Part shown: positions 42,501 to 54,500 of the stretch, piece by piece | How the letters are laid out: every line of letters starts with the position of its first letter | How positions within the stretch are numbered: position 1 is the stretch's first letter | Notes under the pieces: model-generated | What the model saw: the letters and a program-made list of their open reading frames with translations, nothing else | Told to the model about the DNA's origin: nothing | Database searches by the model: none | Assembly (NCBI GenBank): GCA_051294905.1 | Contig: CM119381.1 | Span: forward strand, 18,972,001-19,036,000 | Direction: 5' to 3' | Length of the DNA stretch: 64,000 nt | Origin: Botryllus schlosseri | Lineage: Eukaryota | Program-made: the position numbers and the translations under genes

Positions 42501-45500
42501 CAATCGCTGTCGCGTCGTGGGCTGTCGCCCGGGAGATTTGCGGGTTCAAAGTTATTAATGATCGCATGCTCATTTCAGACGTCTGTCTACGGCCGTGGCC
42601 GCATTCGGCTTGTTGGTTGTTGGCCTTTTCGCCCGGAAAAACACGAGCGCTTTGACTCGATGAGTGATAATCCTGTTGTTGTCAATCATCCTTTTGCTCT
42701 CGAATATGATCGCGGATGTTAACCTTGAACTTTGCGGTTTAACGAGAGCTGTCTTACTGTTGTGCGTGTGATTGCGCCGGGATATATTGTGTTATCCTAT
42801 GGCGATCGGAATTTTTCTTACTGATGTCTGGATTTAATCTGATGAAAATTGATCTGTGTTCCCGTACGATGGGAAGCGAGTTTTTGACATTATGCGATGT
42901 AAACGCGGGGATTATACAGCGTTGCTATCAGATCTCATGCGAATATGCGGTGCTTTTGCGGGGTTCATAATCAGCGCTACTCGACCGAACAAGTTCTGGC
43001 TGAACCTCGATATGGTCCGTGTGGTATAGCGATTATTGCTGTCGGTCTCGTGCTTGTCGGAATTTGTTACTGTTGTAGGGTACCATGCTTTTGACTGCGT
43101 TCATTGTTTGATGATAATCACATATTTGTTCTAGGAGAGCAATATAATATATATAATATCACAATTGTAGCTGTATCTTTAGTTTGAGTCATTGCGCTGT
43201 CTACTTCGGTGTACGTACTGCATGGGTCCCAACACTCCGTGCGCGAGAGTATTTTGTGAGGTCCGCGACGACATTTGGGATTTCAAGTATTCGAAAATAA
43301 TATTCAACTGCCACATATCTTTTTTAGATTTGAGAACTTGAGCTCTAAAACTACTCCAAAAACTTGAAATGTTATCATGCTTCACTATCACGTCACTTTC
43401 AAAGGCTACCGTGCGATGGAAGTCAGCTATTATGTCGCATTTCTAGTTCATGATGATAAAACATGATCCGTTGATGATTCGTGACGGAAAATTTGGATTT
43501 GGGCTCGAATGACTCGAATTCGGACTGACTGGGTGATAAAATAAAAATGACTCGAGTTGAGTCGGGTCAAACGTTTAAAGTCAGAGAAGGACTTGTGACT
43601 CGGAACGCCTAATACTTGGCTTAGTTGGAAATAGTACATTGAATACCGCTGTTATTGATACCGCTGCCCGAGCACAGTAGAGTTTGAGACCCCTGACGTG
43701 GTGTATCGTGTGGAGCCCTTTCCCCCGTCGTGGATCCGCTATCAAGGCGACGACATTGCTGATACGATGTCACTATCGACTATGATGTTACCTGGTGCGC
43801 TGCTGCTCATTTATCTCGGGTTGCACAGTTCGCCTGAGATTGGATGGTTCGTTGTTCTTCGTTCTGATGGTACATTCGTGTGACTGGTACTGTTTCAGCA
43901 GATTGCATCTATCAACCTGTCGACAGACGCACCACTTGTTATGTCACAAGCTTTGATTGTTTGACTGCCGATGCGTATCTGTTTGACAGTACTCCCAGCG
44001 CTTTGCTGTTGCGTGTATTGTGCTTTTGCATTTCGCAGGTTAAGTTGGGGATTAACAAAGTCTTGACATCGGTGCGAGTTATCAGCGGGGTTTTGACACT
44101 TCTTAACGCTCCGTAAACACTTCGCAAGTGGCTCTTCACCATCAAGTGTCAAACTGTCCGAGTGAAAAATGCTCATCGCTAGACGGGTTTTCCCGAATGC
44201 TCAACGCTAAATAAACAATGATCATCGCTTTTGCGAATTGTAATCGCCTGTGGTTCCTATGAACCATTACGTTAGCTTGGAAGTTTTACCGGTATTGGTA
44301 TTTGTATTAATATACTTTACTAATGAAACCACTGTATAGTGCTTATCACAGCTAAGGTCTTTTGCATCAAAAGCAAATTAATTTCATCAACCCGCGCAAA
44401 CTTGTTAGAAGTACTCTACGACCTTAAAAATATCATGGAACTGCGTGGCGAGAAATCTGGAAATAAATTCGAAATAGTAACCGATTTCCGATAATGAATG
44501 ACACTAGGTTGCTGAAAAAGGGATGATTAATGCCAATATGCAACAATTACAAAGCCGAATTTAATTAATAATTTCGCGCCAGTACATGATGTTCGATGCG
44601 TGGATTTGACCACAAAATAATCCGGTATTGTTACGCCACCTTCAATCGAATTTGAGTCACCAAACTCACATAAACTCGGATCGACACACATAGGCGAGAT
44701 TATGACTTGAACTTGCAGCTGAAGCGCAAACCACTAACAGGCAACAGGTCTCCGATGACTCGTGCGAATTCGCGACGCCACCTGCTGTGACGTAATAGTC
44801 GAACGCCGAAGGTTGATTACTGCGCGCCGGTGTGTCAGAACTCAAGCTGTTTTTTTTCTTGCCAACGTCACCGTTACGCTTACAAATCGGCGGTACTCGA
44901 ATCTCATTTTGATTAATGCGCTGCGCTAACCGCTGTTAATTTGATATCCGTCGTCTACTATCACAACTGATTCTTTACAAGTACAGTAGTAACACACGAG
45001 TGACTGTATTATTATTCAGGCTTAAGCGAAGCACGCACGCCCGCGCTACAATAATAATATCAAGGCTCTCTCTCTTTCTTGAACAGGTACGCGCGAGAGA
45101 CCCGCACGCGATGACAATCGTGCAAAATCAGGCCGAGATCGCGGCCGACTTCCACAAGTGGATCGAGAAGGGCTCCGTCGAGTTCCTGAAGAGACATTTC
45201 GCGGACGCCTGCAAGACCTACAAGCTCGCGGTGGACTTGATGGCGACGCACAAACAGGTCTGATGAGCAATCGGCCGCGAGCGTGTAATTAAGCGATTCG
45301 CAATGCAGTTAATCACGGCTCCGCGAAGCGCGCGTAATCCAAAGCTGTTTTCGTGTCGTCTTTAATGATGCGCTGTCGGTGACTCAATATGGATTCATAT
45401 TTTACGGCGTTTATTCTTCTCATATAATACGCTTGAGACTCGTGCGATATATTTACTTGCAGAAATCGCGGAGTAATGTTTTTTTCGGTGTCTTAAGTGC

Positions 45501-48500
45501 TTTTAGCTTGGAAATTTACGACATTCGTCGTTTTCCATATGAAAATTCTGAGCCATAGTTTTATCTTTCCACATAACCGTTCTGTTGTTAGGTCTTATGA
45601 ATTGGCTTTTGTCTAATCGATACGCTGGTATGGAGTTTGAAGGGCTCTTTGGGTGTATCGCGATTAGAGACTTTTAAAATCGTGACATCGTAATTGTGTC
45701 CTTGTCATCCAAATTTCATCTTACTTTTAATTATCGTTAGTTGCATCACGTATTTCGTGAATCCGATTTTAACTGTGGGCTTTCTCGGTATTTGTGAGCA
45801 CGGATTGAGTTTGGACTGGAATGAACCAGACTCACAGATTTTGGTCGGATTTGGAAGAGCCATTGCAATTTGATAATTCTGGTATAATATCAACTCAATT
45901 CAGGATTTGGATTTGAATGAAATTCGATCGTTAACAGTCTCACTTTATCACAGATTCTTACCACCAAACACTCTTCCAATAAGCCATATATTGTTGGTGC
46001 AAATGGATCCCATGCCGTTTCTTCTCAATATTTGAACTAAAAAATGCGGCAGATTGCATTCAAGGAAGCCCATATACTCCCTGTGTATACTTACTCCATC
46101 CCTGGGTGTAAAGTTTCTCAGGGCACATGATATTTTCACTGAAATTTTACGTGCGGTCAACTCCGTGTCGGCCAGATTTGGTTGGGTAGTCACTAATGCT
46201 ACACGATCTCAAGTAGAAATGGTTTCTTTCAAGGTAGACTGTAACTACTTCAAGTAGAAGCAAAAAAGTCTCTAAAGTCAGCAAGTTCACAAAAGCTACT
46301 TTAGTATGCTACTAAGAGAAATTGAAAGTACCAACCATTTCCGCTTCCCGCTTTACCAGGTTGAATTACCCCGAATATTTCTTGCCTTCATGATTACTCA
46401 AATGCTTCTTATCTCTACAACTGTTATAGGCTGTCTCTATTTTCTCTGAATAGCTTTGCTATCATTGAGTGTGCTTTCAAGTACTACTCATCCATCTAAA
46501 TCTCACTCGGATTCATGTGGCTTGTTATTGGCGAAGTTTTCGCTACCTTCTAATGGTCGTACTTCCTTTGTCCATTCTTCTTAACTGCTGCATGGCAAAT
46601 TGATAGATTACAGTCGTTAGTGCATGTTGAAATTATCTAAAAGGTAGTTTTGTGGGCCGATAAATTTAAGCTAAAGTTAGTCCGGGTATCTTGATGAAGG
46701 TCTTGCAAAGTTGCGTTTTGCTGATAACTTGTAATTGAGTGATCACAGTTACGCCTAGTAAAATGATGGCCTTTTAATGTTTGTTTTTCGATTCCCCATA
46801 GAAGCGACCTGCTTTCCGGATGGTGCTACAATTCCAGGTTTTTTCAATGACGGTTGCACATTGGTACTACGTGCCAGGTGTTATCTTCGTACCGGTACTC
46901 AATATGTAATATGTATATCTTCTATTCCTTTGTATTGCTGTGAAACATGTTAAACGGTGTTGTAATATAACAATATTCGTCAAGATTTGATAGGAAATTG
47001 AAATTTACTGGGAACCCCTTAAATTTAGTTCGTAATATTGCTAGACCAAGTAAATGACATGCTATCGAGGTGCGGTCTGAGTAATTAGTAGATCTCTTGC
47101 GCCACCATACGACCATGCTGATTTTTTCTTTTATTTTATCCAGTAGTGCTTGGCAAAATTTAGTATCTGACTGGGCAGAGTATTCGAGTACCACTGATTA
47201 TGTCGTCGTAACAGCTAGAATGAGGAAAATAACGTCTTCAAAAATAATTTTGTACGTCCTGACCATGATCAATGATCATTTATTTTCATTGAGCTTTGTA
47301 ACAATGCCACAGTATAATCACAGAAATTCAGGTCCCATCCTTACTCTAAAAGTTTGTATGCTGCGATACGTCCAATGCTGCGATACGTCCATTCTTGTTT
47401 CCAAGGCTTCCACAATGGGAATAAAGCATCGACAGTATATATCCTGCTCACAAAACTCTTAGTGCCGAGAACGTATAAGCTCGGTACGTGTAATAATCAA
47501 CTTTTAACACTCCGCTGTGTATCATTCAGATCAAAGGGCATAACGATAACGATTTCGCCACACTATTGTACGCACAAGGACAGGCGTCGCAACAACTTGG
47601 ATTTTCCGCCGACATTGATCATTCGAGACGGTGCTTCGTCCAAATAATTAACGAATTCAAGAAATTTTCTCACCTGTCCATGGCATACTACGCGGAAGCC
47701 AGATCGATTTACCTTCTTAACGAGTAAGTTTCTGTATGCGGGAGAGATAAGGAAGCCGGTTGCGATCCCGTGTTTTTTAAGGTTTGAGGAAGCAAAGAAG
47801 AAAGCTCGCAACGCCATGAAGATGGTGAAAAAACATCTGGTGCGAGGCTTACTCGCGTGGCCAGGTGCGTATTACATAATTTCGATGAGCATTATCACTA
47901 CATTTCCGGTCTATACGTGTTAGTCACGACAAAATCACAAACAATTTTGCTCAATATTGGAGCAATTCATATGTATTTGAGAGGGGTTATCAACTGGTGG
48001 GCCACGGAAGCATTTTGAAGTGATGCAAAGGAAAAGTCGTGGGGTATAAAATAGTAATTTGCACCATGAAGGAAAGAAAGTTGCGGAAATAGCTTCTATT
48101 GCATTATCAACATATGAAACAAGAAATAACATAGGCGTGGGATGGGCTGATTATATAGGGAGTGTCAATTGATGTTGTCGAAATGGAAAAGTACCGGACT
48201 CCAGGACACGTTTTTTGATATGGAATTTGAGACAATGAGAAATTGCAATGGAGACTGACAAAGGAAGGGTGTGGCTGAATGGCAATCGTATAGTTATGCA
48301 TTGGTTTATTTTACCGGCACTCATTTGTGTCTGACGATAAGTAGTGGAAAGAAAACTGGCTGCAGTAGTAGGACTGAACAAATCTCCACATCTTATTGAA
48401 TGGATTATGACAAAGAAGGTATCACCAAGTTACGATACGACACCTGAAATATTAGTGGAAATCAATGCAGATATTTGGATGGTAGAGAGCACTGATATCG

Positions 48501-51500
48501 TTGCCAAAAAGCAACTATCTCAGACACCTCGAAAGCGATATAATCGGAGACTACGGGAAGAATCTGCTTGCTCTATCAGCCTAGACCAGTGGTTCTCAAA
48601 CTTTTTTAGATGCGCCCCCCTTTTTGCTGGTGAAAAATTTCGTGCCCCTTATCGTAATATCACTAAATGCAAACAGAATGCTAGCAATCCCAACGGATAG
48701 TTCGATGGTATGGAAGGTTATGATTGTTGATGGGAGAATTCTCAAGTATGGAATTTGGATTACACACAGAGCAACAACTATGCAGTAGGGTGGGATCGCG
48801 GCTAGCGCGAAATAAATTTTCCGTTGACTACAGTATTCAACACCCTTCAGATGCTTTCACGCTCCCCAGTTTGAGAACCATTGGCCTAAACGAAGAAACG
48901 GCTGCAGCTTTTACCGGATAGAAGCGTAGAAGATACGAAATGACCCAGAAGAAAGTCATAACATCAGGATGTGTGAATTGCTTATGCATATGTTGCAAAC
49001 CAATTATAAAAAATTATTAAAAATAAACAAGGCTATTGAGATATTACGAACAAGTAACATTGAAAGCAGAAACGAAACCGTGCAGATGGAGTTCTGATTG
49101 TTGGTGGAGGGGTGATAAAAGGAAGGAACATCCTGAAAAGTGCCTTGCTACCGGACTTGCTAAGGATTGCAAGGGTAAATAGATAAAAGACGAAAGAAAA
49201 AAATAAACTAAGCTGAAAATGCAGATTAGGTTCCCTTTTAGGTCAGGGCGAATAGTGGACGCCGGACGCTGCTATGAATCCCCGGTCAACCTTTCCATTG
49301 ACAGACCCGTTTGAGGTGTGTGAATATATAATAAAATAATGAGAAGGCGGGATATTATGTTGTTATGGGATGAGAAAGGTAGGATCATTATATTGTCAAG
49401 GGAGAAAATAATGCCTGCTGGAAGGGGGTGATATTTGGTACATTTCCATGCATTTTCCATGTATTTTGAATACAACAAACCCTTGTAACCATAGTCACGT
49501 CGATATGAAAGCTGTCCTTTCCAATTTATCCTCGTCCAAGTTTGCTGGCAATCTTCAGAAGCACAATAGTATTAGCCTACAGTGCTAGTTCAGTATTCCA
49601 GCCCTATTTTTAGCGGAACTAAGACTCCAAGAAGTGAGCCACAGAACATTTTCAAACCGGAAAATGGGCCATGGCCGAAAACAGGTTGAAAACCCCTGTA
49701 GTAGTGTGACTGTCTGACGGTGGGTACTTCTGGTAGTGCTGTGAGTCTACATTAGGTAATGAGATTTCAAACAATGTATTAATCTGTAGCCAAATATCAA
49801 GCTGATATCTGGAATAAGAATGGGGATTTGCCAAAAAAAGAGGTTCCCGAGCAATGTAAACTCATCTAAACCTTTGCAAAATTTATGACTTCAGATGGTG
49901 TTGGATTAGGACACAAATTGAATTTGTCGATGCTGCGCGATAATGATATCTCTCCTGTTAGGTACCTCGGAGAATATCCCGGAATCCGATGAAAGAGTCT
50001 TGCGGAGCGAAATCAGATTGCTGATCCAGCAATGTTGTGTGCCGCCAGACCCGACTGCCGTGTGTCTCTACCCGAATTGCGCCAACGAATTTTCAAGGAG
50101 ACAAATCTACCACACTGATTTGAATTTCGATGTAAGTCGGTCGGTTTTCTATTTAATTCGATAAAACGAAATGAAATGCTCGCTCGGCGAATTTGTTGCA
50201 ACGTATTGATTCTGGGCTTTCTGCATAATTAATGTGTCGATTTACGCATGCGCATTCCATTCGTAGAACCCGCACTGCAAACCCGGTGAACATCGAACAA
50301 GCTTATTTGCCATTTTGATTTTCAGTAGAATTAAGACCTTATCCATTAACAGTGACGCTTGAAACTTATAATTAATCTCGTGTCCCCACCAATGCGATTG
50401 TAGTATTTTCATCAGTAAAATTGAAGTCGTGAATGATGTAATGTAGGCGTTCTATCCAAGTTAATTTACGGTTCTTGATTCAAATCTGACTACGACAGGT
50501 TTGTCTATAATTCTAAAATACACCATCTTCTACGATACTACGATAATAGTTTTCATCCTTTGAAAAACAAAATGCTATGTGATCCACAATATTCTAATGT
50601 TCAGGTTCAAAATAAAGGACTTGAACTGATATTAAACAAAGTGATCTTGCTCAGAGAACCTTTGCGGAGAAATTTGGTTGAAAAATACAGCCAGATACGC
50701 GGTAGTTTGTTAGGCTGAATCTATTTATTCAAGTATCGACCAAGAATGTGTATTTCGTAGCTCGCCCGTTCTCGTCCCTTCTCTATAGACGGAGGTATGA
50801 TTTCTATTTCTGTGTTTCAAGGATTTACCACAAAATGTGTACGATTGAGTCGTCGAAAATATTTCAGGGCTACTACGAGATCGAGTGCGACTGGCATTGC
50901 GTGATGGACTTCCATCTGAGCTGCTGGCCAAAGTATAAACACGACACGTTCACCGTGTCAGGAGATAAAGTAAAATGCTACTGCGCTGTCGTTGTAATTT
51001 GTCCCACCTGTGTTTTTGTTTGTGCGGCAGGAAGTATTAGGCGCGGAATGCTTCACTCCGGACTGCGGCGGAGTGATTGCTTGCATCAAGAAGTTTGACG
51101 AGAACCTAGAAACTAGAAAATGTCTGGTGAGTGCAATTTCATGTGTCGAGGCCAGGCTGAACGCGATTCAAATGCTAGTCAAGTGTCGTGCATTCCATTC
51201 TTGTCTCCAAGAAGACTAAGACGAAGAAACCCAGACCTGAAATTAGATTCACTGCGTATTTCAAAATCACAATCACAATAAAACCTCGCCTGTTGACCCT
51301 CTCTAATTGATGTGCAATATTTCCTGGACTTAAATATATAGTCCTTCCTGAATGGATTTGCTCTGATTTGCTTATGTGTTGAGTATGCATCCTTTGCTAT
51401 GATTGAAGTTTCACGAAATAGACCTACCATCGCTTAATTAAAATAAATTGTAGTTTGTCGATCGGTGGGATCTATGCCAAAATTTCAATGAATTCGCAAA

Positions 51501-54500
51501 TATGTTCATCCGAAGCACGGGGCTTGAACCGACTCCCAAAGCATTGCCAGAAACCGCATTGCAGACACCGGCAAAATTTGTTTTTCTGTATTCAACCTGC
51601 ACTTTGAACATGTTACATATATAGTTGATACATAAGTGGATGTAGGGTATTGATGAAACCTATCAATACAAAAAGTCTGTAACAGTCTATGACCGGTACA
51701 ACGCCTGATGTCTTGGAGCGTGTTGGTAAAAAATCAAGACCGTCTTAACCCTGAGACGGCCGATTCGAATAGGTTAAATAATATTTAATTATTGAATGAA
51801 TATTAAAAAAAAGTATAGGCCCGAGGAGTAGAAGCCCTTCACTCCAATCTTTTCAGAAGGATGTGATCCTGGGCATACCAAATATGTAATCAGATCCAGT
51901 CCTGGCGAGGAAAATCTGCTTTTTTAGACTTTATCCCCAAAAATTACAAACTTAGTAATTTTTGATCCATCCTGTTACAAACATATCAAACTTTACTTGA
52001 TCATTAATGAGATTACGATAGATTTGTGAGATTTTGATTGACGCGAACAGGAATTGCCGAAGGAGAGCAAGCGCAAGTGGGAAAAGCTGAAGAAGTCCAA
52101 AGATCACGGTCGAATGCACAAAAGCGAAACGAACATGAGAAAATATATGAGCGCGAGAGAAGAGAAGCGTCGCAACAAGTCGAAATGGAAAAGTCCGCTC
52201 AAGGCAGATTCGCCGGTTAGAGTCGCACTGAGATTGAAATTGTTGATTTATATCTCAATCCTCGATTAAAGATAGGGTATTTGTTAAAGTTTGCTGCCCA
52301 TTTGTCTTATCTTCCTCTTGCCATCGTTGTTATCTTATGTTATTGTAAAATGCTATATTCTCATTGCAGGATGCCAAAGTGAGAAGGAAGGCTTCTGGTT
52401 AGTATTCAATCAGTTCAGGGAAATGTGTATCAATCTTAATTTGTTTTCAATTAAATTTCGCGTTTTCAGCCGGCGTCGCGGACAATAGAGACGTGTCGCA
52501 AGCGACGATTTACGTGAAAAGCGATAATTCTCAACGGGTGAGATTTTAAGAATTGAGTCTTGCGACAAAACAAAATTGATGAGGAATTAGCCGAGTTGCT
52601 TTTTCTCTTATCTCCAATTGCGACATTGTACCATTACCCATTCATTACACATTGCTGCATTGTTAATCCATTTGTACATTCGTAGTTGACATTGTGAGAC
52701 CCTTTTTGTGCATACTAACCACGTTCGCGATGACATACGATAGCAGTGTGGCAAGATAAACCGAAAGTAGGCGTAAATTGAATAACGTTAAAAAAATATA
52801 GCACTGTTCTGAAATTATACCTACTTTCATTGTCGGCAAGATTCAAGAAATAAGCTTTGACGGACAGCTGTTCAAGAACCTATTGTTTGCTGCCAAAATT
52901 TTGTTTCTTGAAGAGACTGTTTCATCCGAGATGTGCTTTCAGAGTGACGGGCGAACCGGCGTGCGCCGTACCGTGACGCCAGCCTCACTCTACGATTATT
53001 GTTCGTCGCTTCCCGGTTACAACAGCGAATTGCCGGCTCAGGTTGTCGATGAAATGATTGAGAGGTGCGTCTCCGCTTTCCATCTGTGTGTCTGTGTACA
53101 GTTTTCCAGTCCTAATTTTCTTAACCACAGTGCTAAGACCGAAGGTTTCGAATTTGACATTCCCGGCGACGTGCTACAGGAAACGGAGCAGTTCATTTTA
53201 TCGTTTGGTGACGGCGTTCTCTTCACAGATGATGAGAAATTGAGGCTTCCATTTATATTTGGGTGAGATGTGTTCATGCTGATAAATGTCGAGAGCAATT
53301 GCGAGTGAGAGCAAGTGTAGGCCTACCGTACATATTTAGACATTAGTTTAATTGACATAGTCAAAAACTTGCCCTTACCGTACCTTCTTTTGGCCATTGT
53401 GATGTTATCTGGGTTCTCTATGTCACAATCACAGATGGTCAGTAATGAATTCTGCTTTTTCAGAGTTCCTAGTGCCTAGTGGCATTATAGACTCCAGTGG
53501 TCACGATGTCTTCTCATAACTTGGTTTGTTATGCCAAACTAGACCTGCTTATTTCTTACATCAGAGTCATTATGGTAGGCTACTAAGTGTGAATTTCCGA
53601 TGTTATTTCTACCCCTACTTCAGTACCAACAACCTATTGTCACAATGAATTTGTAACGTCATTGTTGAAGAAATTCGACCCATCCGAATATCCATGATTA
53701 TATCCTGCCTATTGTTGAAACCGTAATGGGTGTTTGTTCTGAAAATCCTTAGCTACAGCACCTTGAATTTAGGCTAGACGCTTGATATCCACCGGGGCAC
53801 CTATGGTATGAGTGTCCATTTGGATACATGCACACTGTACAGTACATTGTAGGTTGATTTTTAGCACCCGTCACCATGAACTGCAATTTTCAGATATTTC
53901 GTGACGTTCTTCTCGAAAAACGGGCCGTGTGACGTTTTCGACGACCTGTTCTCGGGCGAGGCCGCCCTTCTGCCCGAAAACTATTCTCGCATCGTGGAGA
54001 AGTGCGGCGGACTGGAACCTTTTCTCTGCGCCAGCCCATTGTAAATTACGAGCGCGGTTTGCGTTTGGAATCGATAAGCTGTAGCGATTGCCGTTTCAGA
54101 TTCATCAAAGTTTCTCAATTTATTGGAACCCACTCGCAGCACGCTTGCATGAAGGAGTTGACTGACGATATACAGGTGTGCTGTTTGAGCTTGTTCTTGT
54201 TTCGTGGCATTTATTACCTAACTACAGTCTGCAATCTTTTAACTGTCAGTTTTTGTTGCATTTACAATTGATATTTGATCGTGACGATGATGTAGTCTAC
54301 TATTCGAGTGCGTCGATGTTGAGAGTAATGGAATTTTTTGACAAGCGTTCTTTGCCCGTGTAACTTATATGGTTATTTTGTGGCGTAAATTGTTCTGGGT
54401 GCGTACAAAGATTTCTGTATTCGTAGCATACCCTTTCACTGGCGGTAAAGGCCCGGCACATCTGAACTGTCCGAGTACACAACAACTTCTTTCGCGTTTA

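Larger units (their letters stand above)
3875..45086 (+). other. 41,212-nt TTC3 intron hosting the antisense GPCR gene and many repeats
   Basis: Phase 0 donor gtgagt at 3875, phase 0 acceptor ...ttgaacag at 45086; flanking exons collinear with TTC3; no convincing TTC3 exon found inside, though small ones cannot be excluded. Confidence 0.75.

Noticed and set aside
44380-44500. STRANLLEVLYDL..DF, a faint LINE RT-like motif
   Set aside because: Short, degenerate and not extendable
45260-45310. CTGATGAG hammerhead-like core (also at ~12325)
   Set aside because: No downstream GAAA or closing stems
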